A DNA stretch of 64,000 nt from Dehalococcoidia bacterium (GTDB taxonomy: Bacteria; Chloroflexota; Dehalococcoidia; Bin125): assembly GCA_965262235.1 (NCBI GenBank), contig OZ253504.1, forward strand, positions 3,361,684-3,425,683, in the 5' to 3' direction. The translations under genes were made by a program, and so were the position numbers. This document shows, one piece after another, positions 55,872-64,000 of the stretch (positions within the stretch are counted from its first letter, which is position 1; each line of letters begins with the position of its first letter). The notes under the pieces were generated by a model, which saw only the letters and a list, made by a program, of their open reading frames with translations, was not told the DNA's origin and made no database searches.

Positions 55872-57794
55872 CTAGGCGTCGACCGGGGTCAGCAGCGCGA
55901 GGAAGCGGTCTTCGACGCGCACCGCGTCGGGCGCCAGCTCGCGGCAGACGTCACAGCGGATGCAGGCCGAATCGTCGATCCGCCAGCCGCTCGGCCGCTC
56001 CGCCGGATCGTCATCGTCGTCGGCCGGCTGCGCGCGCGGCACGATCGCGTTGGTCGGGCAGAGCTCAGCCGCTTCGGCCAGCTCCGGCGCCTCGGGATCG
56101 GTCAGCACGTAGCGAATCAGCCCCGGCGCGACCTTCGCGGGATCGCGCTTGTGGTCGATCTGGGTGTCCAGCTCGTCGCGGAAGTAGTTGACCAGACCGC
56201 GCACCGCGTACGGCGTGAACTGGCCGTGCAGACAGTTGGAGTTCTGCAGCGTGCGATCCAGCACGCCGATCCGTTCGATGTCCTCGCGGCGTCCGCCGCC
56301 CTCCGTGATCCGCTGCAGCAGCTCGACCAGCCGCTGCGATCCGCCGTGACAGGTCGTGCAGCGGCCGCATGACTCGTCCTCGCAGAACTCCGAGAAGTAG
56401 AGCGTCAGGTCGACCGCCGAGGCGCGCTCGTCGAACAGGATCAAGCCGCCCGAGCCGAGCAGCACGCCGCGCTCGGTGAAGGGCGGACGCTCCAGCAGCA
56501 GGCCCAGGTCGGAGGCCGGCAGCAGACCGCCCAGCGGCCCGCCGGGCTGGATGCCCTTGGCCGTGTGGCCGGCCTCGGGGCCGCCGCCGGCGTCGAGCAG
56601 CAGCTGGTCCATGCGCAGGCCGAACGGCACCTCGAGGATGCCGGGCCGGCGCAGCGAACCGGTGATGCTGAACATCTTGGTGCCCGGGTCCGACTCCGTG
56701 CCGAACTCGCGGTACCAGGCGGAGCCGTGCTCGACGATCAGCGGCACGTTGGCGTAGGTCTCGGTGTTATTGACGTTCGAGGGCATGTCGAAGACGCCGC
56801 GCTGGGCGGGGAAGGGCGGGCGAATCTTGGGCATCCCGCGCAGCCCCTCGACCGAGGCGATCAGCCCGGTCTCCTCGCCGCACACGTAGGAGCCGGCCCC
56901 GCGCGTGATCTCCAGCTCGAAGGCGAGGTCGCTGCCCAACACCGCGTCACCGAGCAGCCCCAGCGCGCGCGCCTGGCTGAGCGCCAGCTCCATCCGCTCG
57001 ATCGCCAGCGGGTATTCGTCGCGGATGTAGATGAAGCCGCGCGCGGCGCCGGTCGCGCGGCCGGCGATCACCATGCCTTCGACGACCAGATGCGGGTCGG
57101 ATTCCATCAGCACGCGGTTGACGAACGCGCCGGGGTCGCCCTCGTCGGCGTTGCAGACCAGATACTTGGTCGGACCCGGCGCGCCCAGCAGGAACTTCCA
57201 CTTGCGGCCCGCCGGAAAGCCGCCGCCGCCGCGTCCGCCCACGCCCGCCGCCTCGACCAGGTCGCAGATCTCGATCGGCTCGAGCGTCAACGCGCGGTCC
57301 AGCGCCGCGTAGGCGCCGTCCGCGATCGCCTCGCTGATCCGCTCCGGATCGATCACGCCCATCCGCCGCATCAGGCGGCGCTCTTGCAGCGCCCAGAACG
57401 GACCGTCGGCGAGCGGCGCCGCGCCGTTGACCCGACCGCTGCGGCTGCCGATCAGCCAGCCGGCCGCCGCCTCGACCGGATCGTCCGCCAGCGCGGCCGC
57501 CAGCCACTGCGCCGCGTCGGCCGGCTCGAGCGGTCCGTAGACCAGCGCCGCGCCGCCGCGCTCGACTTCGACCACCGGCTCCAGCCAGGACATCCCCAGC
57601 GTGCCGACGCGGACCAGATCGACATCGTGTCCGGCGGCGGCGATCGCCGCCTCCAGCGCCTCCCAGAGCAGATCGGCGCCGGCCGCGATCGAGGAGGTGC
57701 TGAGGTCAACCCGCAGCAGCGGGCGCTCCGGCGCACGCCGCGGCGCCGCCTCCAGCTCGGCCGCCTCGCGCAGCGCCTCGTATGCAGCGCTCAT
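55872..57794 (-). CDS. NuoF-like NAD(H)-binding flavoprotein subunit (HoxF/FdsB-type) with C-terminal 2x[4Fe-4S] ferredoxin domains.
   Basis: NADH/FMN motifs GGRGGGGFPAGRKWKF...CNADEGDPGAF, 4Fe-4S ESCGRCTTCHGG, and C-terminal CPTNAI...CIRCDVC clusters. Confidence 0.8.
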   Translation of the reverse strand: MSAAYEALREAAELEAAPRRAPERPLLRVDLSTSSIAAGADLLWEALEAAIAAAGHDVDLVRVGTLGMSWLEPVVEVERGGAALVYGPLEPADAAQWLAAALADDPVEAAAGWLIGSRSGRVNGAAPLADGPFWALQERRLMRRMGVIDPERISEAIADGAYAALDRALTLEPIEICDLVEAAGVGGRGGGGFPAGRKWKFLLGAPGPTKYLVCNADEGDPGAFVNRVLMESDPHLVVEGMVIAGRATGAARGFIYIRDEYPLAIERMELALSQARALGLLGDAVLGSDLAFELEITRGAGSYVCGEETGLIASVEGLRGMPKIRPPFPAQRGVFDMPSNVNNTETYANVPLIVEHGSAWYREFGTESDPGTKMFSITGSLRRPGILEVPFGLRMDQLLLDAGGGPEAGHTAKGIQPGGPLGGLLPASDLGLLLERPPFTERGVLLGSGGLILFDERASAVDLTLYFSEFCEDESCGRCTTCHGGSQRLVELLQRITEGGGRREDIERIGVLDRTLQNSNCLHGQFTPYAVRGLVNYFRDELDTQIDHKRDPAKVAPGLIRYVLTDPEAPELAEAAELCPTNAIVPRAQPADDDDDPAERPSGWRIDDSACIRCDVCRELAPDAVRVEDRFLALLTPVDA

Positions 57795-58366
57795 CCGCCC
57801 GCCTCCGCTTGATCGAGTCGCTCATCAACATGTTCGGCGCCGTAGACCGCTTCGGCCTCGACGAAGACCGCCGGGGCGATCTTGATCGGACGCCTGGGCC
57901 ACTCCACTACATCCTCGCCGGCGCGAATCCGGCGCGCCAGTTTGACCGTCTCGACCATCGTCAGCGGACCGACCACGCGACCGTTGACCCAGATCATCGG
58001 AGCCCGCTCGCAGGTGCCGTTGCACTGGCCGAGCCACAGCCCGACCTCGTCCTGCGCGTCGTTCTGGCCCATCCGGCAGCCCAGCTCGACCTCCAGAATC
58101 CGCCGCATGCGGTCGCCGCCGACCACCCGGCAGCTCGGACCCGAGCACCAGGTCACCAGCGTCCTGGGCGGCGGCGAATGCCGGAACTCGGCGTAGAAGG
58201 TCGCCGCGCCGTAGACCTCGGCGTCGGACATGCGCAGATGCCGGCCGATCAGCCGGATCGCGTCCTTGGTGACCCAGCCGAGCTGCTCCTGGGCGAGATG
58301 CAGCGCGCGCAGCAGCTCGCCCTTGGCGCGCGGCAGCTGCTGCAGGAGGCCCGCGAACCGCTCCAT
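57791..58366 (-). CDS. NuoE-like 2Fe-2S thioredoxin-like subunit.
   Basis: C-x4-C...C-x3-C pattern (CSGPSC...CNGTC) of NuoE/HoxE. It overlaps the NuoF-like gene by 4 nt. Confidence 0.75.
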   Translation of the reverse strand: MERFAGLLQQLPRAKGELLRALHLAQEQLGWVTKDAIRLIGRHLRMSDAEVYGAATFYAEFRHSPPPRTLVTWCSGPSCRVVGGDRMRRILEVELGCRMGQNDAQDEVGLWLGQCNGTCERAPMIWVNGRVVGPLTMVETVKLARRIRAGEDVVEWPRRPIKIAPAVFVEAEAVYGAEHVDERLDQAEAGG

Positions 58367-58545
58367 CGTGTCGCCCCTCGATCAGACTCAGGCGCAGCCG
58401 CGACGCGTCGGCCCCAGCCGACGCGCAGGCTATCGCCGCAGCGCCAGCCGAACAAGCGCGGGCCCGAGCGCGCGGCGCAATGCGCTTGCTGAGGCGCTTG
58501 GTGATCGCCCGCGATCGAGCGTCGGCGCGCCCGTCAGCTCGCCCC

Positions 58546-59481
58546 TCAGTGTGCGTGGTGCAGCCGCAGGCCGGGGCGCGGCCAGTCGCAGGCGATCAGC
58601 CGGCCGCTGGTGGAGAGCGTGATGTAGGCGGTGCGCAGGTCCGCGCCGCCGAAGCAGATATTGGTCGTCAGCGGGTCGTCGCCGACCGCCACATGCTCGA
58701 CCGCCCCGCTGTCGGGATCGATCACGGTGATCCCGCCGGGCCCGATCGTGGCCACGCAGACGGCGCCGCCGGCCTCCACGGCCAGCGAATCGAACATCGT
58801 GTAGCCGCCGGCGTTGGCGATGAACGCAGCGAAACCCGCCGCCGGAGCGGCCGCGGCCAGCTGGCCGGGCGACGCGATCGCCCAGCCGAACAGCCGGCCG
58901 GTCGGCGTCTCAGCCGCGTACACGCGGTCGCCGGCCGGCGAGAGGCCGACCCCGTTGGGGCCGCCGGGGATCGGGTAGACGCACTCGCGGATCGATCCGC
59001 CGTCGAGCGTCGCGTAGTAGAGCCCGCCCAGATCGCGGTCGCGCTCACGATTCTTGCCCAGGTCGGAGAACCAGAAGCCGCCGGCCCCGTCCATCACGAT
59101 GTCGTTGGGCCCGCGCAGCTGATGTCCGTCGACCTCGCGGTAGACGTCTTCAACCGCGCCCGTGGCCAGGTCGACGCGCTGGATCGAGCCGCCCGCATAG
59201 TCGTCGCCCTGCGGACCGGGCAGCAGCCGGCCGCCCACCTCGCGCCAGCGGAAGCCGCCGTTGTTGGTGATCCAGACGCTGTGGTCGGGTCCCAGGGCCG
59301 CCCCGTTGGGGCCGCCGCCGGTTTCCGCCACGACCTCGACGCTGCCGTCGGGCTGCACCCGCGAGAGCGTGCCGCGGGCGATCTCGACCAGCAGCACGCT
59401 GCCGTCCGCCATCCAGATCGGGCCCTCGGGGAACAGCAGTCCGCTCGCCAGCTCGCGATACTCGACCATGTTCGGCTCCAT
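58546..59481 (-). CDS. SMP-30/gluconolactonase/LRE-family beta-propeller protein.
   Basis: ...YRELASGLLFPEGPIWMADGSVLLVEI...GPNG... repeated propeller blades. Confidence 0.7.
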   Translation of the reverse strand: MEPNMVEYRELASGLLFPEGPIWMADGSVLLVEIARGTLSRVQPDGSVEVVAETGGGPNGAALGPDHSVWITNNGGFRWREVGGRLLPGPQGDDYAGGSIQRVDLATGAVEDVYREVDGHQLRGPNDIVMDGAGGFWFSDLGKNRERDRDLGGLYYATLDGGSIRECVYPIPGGPNGVGLSPAGDRVYAAETPTGRLFGWAIASPGQLAAAAPAAGFAAFIANAGGYTMFDSLAVEAGGAVCVATIGPGGITVIDPDSGAVEHVAVGDDPLTTNICFGGADLRTAYITLSTSGRLIACDWPRPGLRLHHAH

Positions 59482-59646
59482 CCTCAGCAACCTCGATCGC
59501 GCGCCGCGCACCGTGCACGGCGCAAGGGGCGTCGCGGCGGCGTAGCGCGCAGGCTAGTCGGCTCGCCCACCGGCCAACATGCGGGCCAACGTGCGACCCA
59601 ACCTGCCCACCGAGCCTGGCTCGCAAGCGGCCCGGACACGCGGTGT

Positions 59647-59991
59647 TCAGCCGGCGACCGGCTGCAGCCAGAAGGTGCGACGGGCCGGCGGGCCGGTGAT
59701 GTGATCGATCCGCAGCGCCAGCTCAGCCTCGCGGCCGGCGCGCAGCACCACCTCGGGCTGGTTGGCGTGGAACAGCGCCTCCAGCGCGCCCGGCGGGGCC
59801 ACCTCGGTCAGCTTCAGCTCGTAGGCCTCGCCGACGTGCTCGGGCGCCCGGTCGGCCACCCGGCCGCGCGCCAGCAGCGCGCCGCTGCGGGTCAGAATCG
59901 CGCAACGCGTCGACTCGTTGGTCTGCGCTCGGGTCGCCTGCTGTGTGCCGGACAGCGCCGGCGTCTGCGTCCGCTCAATCGCCTGGATCAT
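59647..59991 (-). CDS. Hypothetical protein.
   Basis: ORF with typical codon bias and no recognisable motif. The start is uncertain. Confidence 0.35.
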   Translation of the reverse strand: MIQAIERTQTPALSGTQQATRAQTNESTRCAILTRSGALLARGRVADRAPEHVGEAYELKLTEVAPPGALEALFHANQPEVVLRAGREAELALRIDHITGPPARRTFWLQPVAG

Positions 59992-60066
59992 GTTGTGTTG
60001 CCCGCGCCCGTCGCCCGCCCCGACTCTGGAGCACAACTCCCCGTTTCGTCAAGTAGTGCGCTGCGA

Positions 60067-60585
60067 CTACGAACGCGCCAGCGCCGCGAAGCGATCGTCA
60101 TCCGCGTCCACCCAAGCAAGGACGCCCGTCAGGTCGGTCTTCGACAGGCTCCCGGCCCAGCGCTCGAACCGTGGGCCGTCGTTTCGCCATGACAGACGGA
60201 ATGTGCGGCGCACAACGAACGCGATCGACTCGTCGCGGTCGATTGTGCCGGCCGCCACTCCGAGGCTGAACTCGTACAGCTCGTCGTCGCCGACCGTTAG
60301 CGCAGCCCCATTGATGTCCAGGAAGTACTCCATCGCGGTGAGGGCGAACCGCTTGTTGCCGTCAACGAATGGGTGGTTCTGGTTGAGGTGGTAGTGCAAC
60401 ACCGCCGCCTTGCGCTGCAGCGTCCGGTGATGCGGCCATTGGGGCTGCGCCAGCGCGCTGGACAGCGCCGCCTGCCCCTCGTCGCCACGCAGCTGAAACG
60501 CCGGCGAGCCGGGAAAGACGCGCGCGGTCAGCTCAGTGACGACCCGACGCGCGTCGTTGTCGTCCAGATAGCGCAGCCGGGGCAT
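60067..60585 (-). CDS. doc: Doc/Fic-family toxin (death-on-curing).
   Basis: Fic/Doc motif HPFVDGNKR. Confidence 0.75.
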   Translation of the reverse strand: MPRLRYLDDNDARRVVTELTARVFPGSPAFQLRGDEGQAALSSALAQPQWPHHRTLQRKAAVLHYHLNQNHPFVDGNKRFALTAMEYFLDINGAALTVGDDELYEFSLGVAAGTIDRDESIAFVVRRTFRLSWRNDGPRFERWAGSLSKTDLTGVLAWVDADDDRFAALARS

Positions 60586-60603
60586 CGTGCATGGCTTCGT
60601 GGG

Positions 60604-60783
60604 TTAGTGGTCGGCGAGACGGATCAGCAGGTTGCGCCGGCGCTCGATCACATCCGCGAGCGACTCGGCCTTGGTCCGCCGGCGGCCACGCAGCCCTGCG
60701 GCGCTGCGGTTCGCGCGCTCAGCCGCGTGCGGCCGGGCCGCGTAGACGGGCGCGTCCTCGGCAACGCGGTTCTTGGCGGGCAT
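60604..60783 (-). CDS. Putative Phd-type antitoxin partner of Doc.
   Basis: ~59-aa basic ORF whose stop lies 16 nt upstream of the doc start. Assignment by position only. Confidence 0.35.
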   Translation of the reverse strand: MPAKNRVAEDAPVYAARPHAAERANRSAAGLRGRRRTKAESLADVIERRRNLLIRLADH

Positions 60784-60960
60784 GGCAGCGACCTTCCACA
60801 TTCGGCTCGATGCTTCGGCATCAAGCGGAAGTCTTCGTGTCGGCGACCGTATCAGATGGCGAGCATGCGACGCCTGAGCGCTGTAGCGCAGCGTCGGGCT
60901 GCCTGTATTCTGTCAGACATCAAGGCTGCGATTTCGCGCACAGATCAGAGGAGGACAACC

Positions 60961-61911
60961 ATGGCTGACCGACTGGCTGGACGGGTGGCGATCGTGACGG
61001 GCGCGGGACGCGGAATCGGCCGCGGACACGCCCTGCTGCTCGCCGAAGAGGGCGCATCGGTGGTCGTCAACGACTACGGCGGCGGCGCCGGCGGTGAGCT
61101 CGATGGCGAGGCCGGGCCGGCCGATGAAGTCGTCGCGGCGATCAAGGACGCCGGCGGCAACGCCGTCGCCAACTACGACTCCGTCGCCGACATGGCCGCG
61201 GGCGAGCGCATGGTCCAGCAGGCGCTGGACGGGTTCGGCCGGCTCGACATCCTGGTCAACAACGCCGGCATCCTGCGCGACCGGATGGTCTTCAACATGA
61301 CCGAGGAGGAGTGGGACGTGGTCGTCGCGGTCCACCTCAAGGGCCACTTCACGGTCACCAAGTTCGCCTCGCAGGTCTTCCGCCAGCAGCGCTCCGGGCG
61401 GATCGTCGGCACCTCCTCCGAATCCGGTCTGGGCAACATGGGCCAGGCCAACTACGCCGCGGCCAAGGAGGGCATCGTCGGCCTGACCCGCACGCTGGCG
61501 CGCGACCTCGGCCGCTACGGCGTCACCGCCAACGCGATCCGTCCACGCGCCGGAACCCGCCTGACCCTGACCGAGGAGCTGGCCGAAGCGCAGCGCCGCG
61601 CCCGCGAGGCCGGCCTGGCCTCGGGCGACGCCGGCGGTCTTGCGTTCGGCGGCGACCGTGAAGCGATGATGGCGCCGGAAAACGTCTCGCCCTTTGTGGT
61701 CTGGCTCTGCACCGACGCCGCGGCCAACGTCAACGGCCGCACCTTCCTCGTCTGGGGCAACGAGATCGGGATGTACAACGAGCCCCGGGTCGAGTCCTCG
61801 ATCTTCGCCACCGGACCGTCCTGGACGCTCGACGAGCTCGACCGCGCCGCCGCCCAGTCCTACCTCGCCAGCCAGACCAACCTCTGGCCGGTCCAGGCGC
61901 CCCGGACCTAA
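60961..61911 (+). CDS. Short-chain dehydrogenase/reductase (SDR).
   Basis: TGAGRGIGRG Rossmann motif, NNAG, and catalytic S...YxxxK (YAAAK). Confidence 0.85.
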   Translation: MADRLAGRVAIVTGAGRGIGRGHALLLAEEGASVVVNDYGGGAGGELDGEAGPADEVVAAIKDAGGNAVANYDSVADMAAGERMVQQALDGFGRLDILVNNAGILRDRMVFNMTEEEWDVVVAVHLKGHFTVTKFASQVFRQQRSGRIVGTSSESGLGNMGQANYAAAKEGIVGLTRTLARDLGRYGVTANAIRPRAGTRLTLTEELAEAQRRAREAGLASGDAGGLAFGGDREAMMAPENVSPFVVWLCTDAAANVNGRTFLVWGNEIGMYNEPRVESSIFATGPSWTLDELDRAAAQSYLASQTNLWPVQAPRT

Positions 61912-61951
61912 CTCCCCGACCCCACAGCGACAGCAGGGAAGTACGAGCACC

Positions 61952-62647
61952 ATGGCGATCCTGAACTACGAATACGTGACCTTCGCCGCCAACGGCGGCA
62001 GCGCCGGCGGCTACCTGGCGCGGCCCAGCGAGGGCGGCCCGTTCCCCGGCGTGGTCGTGATCCAGGAGTGGTGGGGGCTCAACCCGAACATCTGCGACAT
62101 CGCCAACCGCATCGCCGCGGAGGGTTATGTCGCGCTCGCGCCCGACCTCTATCACGGACAGATCACGGCCGAGCCCGGCGAGGCGGAGAAGATCATGATG
62201 GGCGTGCAGGAGCCGCAGGCGCTGCTCGACATGAGCGGCGCGGTCGCGGCGCTGCAGGCCCGCGCTGACGTGCGCGCCGACCGGATCGGCGTGACCGGTT
62301 TCTGCCTCGGCGGCGGGATGTCGCTGCTGCTCGCGATGCACAACCCCGCTGTCAGCGCCGCCGCGCCGTTCTACGGCGTCCCCGGCGAAGGCATGGCCGC
62401 GGCCTCCGGCATCGCCGGGGCGGTCTGCGGCTTCTTCGCGGGCAAGGACGGCTGGGTTAACGCCGAAGCCGTCGCGTCGATCCGCTCAGCGCTCGAAGCA
62501 AATGAAGTGCGGCATGAGCTGCATGTCTACGACGACGCTGACCACGGCTTCTTCAACGACACCAGCGCCGGCGTCTACCACCCGGACGCTGCCGCCGACG
62601 CCTGGAGCAAGCTGACCGCGTTCTTCGCCGCCGAACTTCAGGCCTGA
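61952..62647 (+). CDS. Dienelactone hydrolase family protein.
   Basis: ...GVVVIQEWWGLN...GFCLGGGMS...DDADHGF is the DLH catalytic triad layout. Confidence 0.8.
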   Translation: MAILNYEYVTFAANGGSAGGYLARPSEGGPFPGVVVIQEWWGLNPNICDIANRIAAEGYVALAPDLYHGQITAEPGEAEKIMMGVQEPQALLDMSGAVAALQARADVRADRIGVTGFCLGGGMSLLLAMHNPAVSAAAPFYGVPGEGMAAASGIAGAVCGFFAGKDGWVNAEAVASIRSALEANEVRHELHVYDDADHGFFNDTSAGVYHPDAAADAWSKLTAFFAAELQA

Positions 62648-62737
62648 CCAAATCTGAACGAATCCGACCAAGGCTGACCAGAGTCTGACCGCCGATCACC
62701 CGCGCGCCGCCAGCGCCGCGGCGCGTCAGCCGACCCG

Positions 62738-63070
62738 CTACAGCTCCAGCATGCCCGTCTCGCCGTGCTCGTCTTCGTCCTCGAGCTCCACGTCCGCGCC
62801 GATCCCCACGCCGATGTAGATGAACCCGCCGATGCCCAGCCCGATAAACAGGCCGGCGCCGACGATGATCCACAGCAGCCAGGCGTCGAACCCGCCGTTG
62901 GCGCTGCTGAGGTGCTGATTGCCCGCGCCGAGGTTGACCATGATCGCGTTCACCACGACGCCCAGCACGCCGCCCACCACCATGCCCGGCAACAACAGCG
63001 CCATCTGGATCAGCGGCGGAAGGTCTTTGATGAACTGCGGCAACAGGAACGAAGGAACCAGCGGCGGCAT
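62738..63070 (-). CDS. Small multi-TM membrane protein (hypothetical).
   Basis: Gly-rich hydrophobic helices and an acidic C-terminus. Confidence 0.35.
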   Translation of the reverse strand: MPPLVPSFLLPQFIKDLPPLIQMALLLPGMVVGGVLGVVVNAIMVNLGAGNQHLSSANGGFDAWLLWIIVGAGLFIGLGIGGFIYIGVGIGADVELEDEDEHGETGMLEL

Positions 63071-63198
63071 TGCACACTCCCCTGCGCTACGCGGGTCAGG
63101 CGCCGCCAGTATCGCAAGCAGCGCGCTGATGCGCCACCCTCATGCGCCAGCTCGCCGCCGCGGCTGCCCGAGCGCCGCTGGGCTGTAAGCTCACCGAA

Positions 63199-64000
63199 AT
63201 GCGAGGCACGCTCAGTCGACGCCGTTTGCTGCGCTCCGCCGCCACTGTCGGCCTCGGCGCAACCGCTCTCGCGCTGGTCGGCTGCAGCTCGGACGACGAT
63301 CCCGAACCTGACGACGCGCCGCAGCAGGCGCAGCAGCAGTCTCAACAGCAGGACCAGCCGTCCGCGGCGCAGCAACAGCAGCAGGAAGCGCCGGCCGCCG
63401 CGCAGGCTGAGCAGCCGGGCGCGCAGCAGCAGCAGCCCTCCGAGCAGGCCCCGCCGCTGCGCCCCACGCCCGGCGGGATCATGCGCAGCTACCTGCCGAT
63501 CGATCGCTTCGACACCTGGGACCCGCACCGCTCGCGCTATCGCTACGCGCAGAACATTCACAGCCTCGTCTACAGCCGCATCCTGCAGCCCGCCGACCCG
63601 CACACGGGCGAGCTGCAGGCCGACCTCTGCGGTCTCCCGGAGATGCCCGATCAGTCGACCTACGTCTTCACGCTGGACCCGCGCGCGACGTTTTGGGACC
63701 AGCCGCCGACCGACGGCCGGCCGGTCGGGGTCGACGACATCCGGCTCAACATCGAGCGTCAGCAGCAGGGGGTCGACGGCGGCGGCGCGCCCGATGTCTA
63801 CCTGTTCCGCCGCCGCGACTGGAATCGCGCCGCGTTCGCGCCTGGCGACGACGGCGCGTTCACACTTTCAGCGAACGAACTCGACGCGCCGTTCCTCGGC
63901 AGCGTTGTCGCCTCGCCCTTCGCCTGGATGATTAGCAGCGAGGCGATCGACGCCGCGGCCGGCTGGCGCGTCGACCCATTCGACCACACGCTCGTCTCGG
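63199..64000 (+). CDS. ABC transporter substrate-binding protein, family 5, a Tat-signal lipoprotein. It is partial and continues beyond the window.
   Basis: RRRLLRSAATVGLGATALALVGCSS plus a Gln-rich linker. It is a paralog of the 45710 gene. Confidence 0.7.
   Translation, partial: MRGTLSRRRLLRSAATVGLGATALALVGCSSDDDPEPDDAPQQAQQQSQQQDQPSAAQQQQQEAPAAAQAEQPGAQQQQPSEQAPPLRPTPGGIMRSYLPIDRFDTWDPHRSRYRYAQNIHSLVYSRILQPADPHTGELQADLCGLPEMPDQSTYVFTLDPRATFWDQPPTDGRPVGVDDIRLNIERQQQGVDGGGAPDVYLFRRRDWNRAAFAPGDDGAFTLSANELDAPFLGSVVASPFAWMISSEAIDAAAGWRVDPFDHTLVS

Overview
This is a high-GC (~70%) bacterial chromosomal window, densely coding on both strands. The Gln-rich lipoprotein linkers and GC content suggest a Chloroflexi/Thermomicrobia- or actinobacterium-like lineage, but that is a guess.

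Recognisable housekeeping and metabolic genes:
- DNA repair: nfo, mutS-mutL.
- smpB and a tmRNA (ssrA) gene, separated by about 5 kb.
- fhs, nudC, a C-terminal processing peptidase.
- A glycine-betaine ABC transporter (proV-proW-proX-like).
- A peptide-type ABC transporter: two substrate-binding proteins and two permeases, no ATPase in the window.
- A PHA locus: class III/IV phaC with a small partner subunit, a PadR regulator, a phasin and an alpha/beta hydrolase.
- Two tandem amidase paralogs, enoyl-CoA hydratase, FabD-like acyltransferase, nitroreductase, SDR, dienelactone hydrolases.
- A Phd/Doc-type toxin-antitoxin pair.
- A NuoE/NuoF-like diaphorase pair.

Most notable observations:
1. 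Three unrelated redox genes carry an in-frame TGA exactly at the position of the catalytic cysteine: an AhpE-like peroxiredoxin, a two-domain rhodanese, and a GrdB-family 'selenoprotein B' homolog. Each has a stable hairpin about 10-12 nt downstream of the UGA. This is the signature of selenocysteine insertion (bacterial SECIS), so the organism appears to be selenoprotein-rich. No selA/selB/selD/selC was seen in the window.
2. A low-GC, three-gene island lies between smpB and ssrA: a ParB/Srx-like nuclease-domain protein, an unknown protein and a Dam-type N6-adenine DNA methyltransferase. It sits next to a degraded CoA-transferase paralog fragment. I read it as a candidate horizontally acquired DNA-modification/defence module of unclear type.
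3. An abundant mosaic family of GC-rich palindromic repeat elements (core CTCTCCCCCCGC-N3-4-GCGGGGGGAGA, plus GTCAC-GGA-GTGAC and TTCCTGCCTGCGCAGGAA hairpin modules) fills most intergenic gaps. At 15.8-17.0 kb it expands into a nested tandem array that has overwritten the 5' part of an IS110-family transposase gene.
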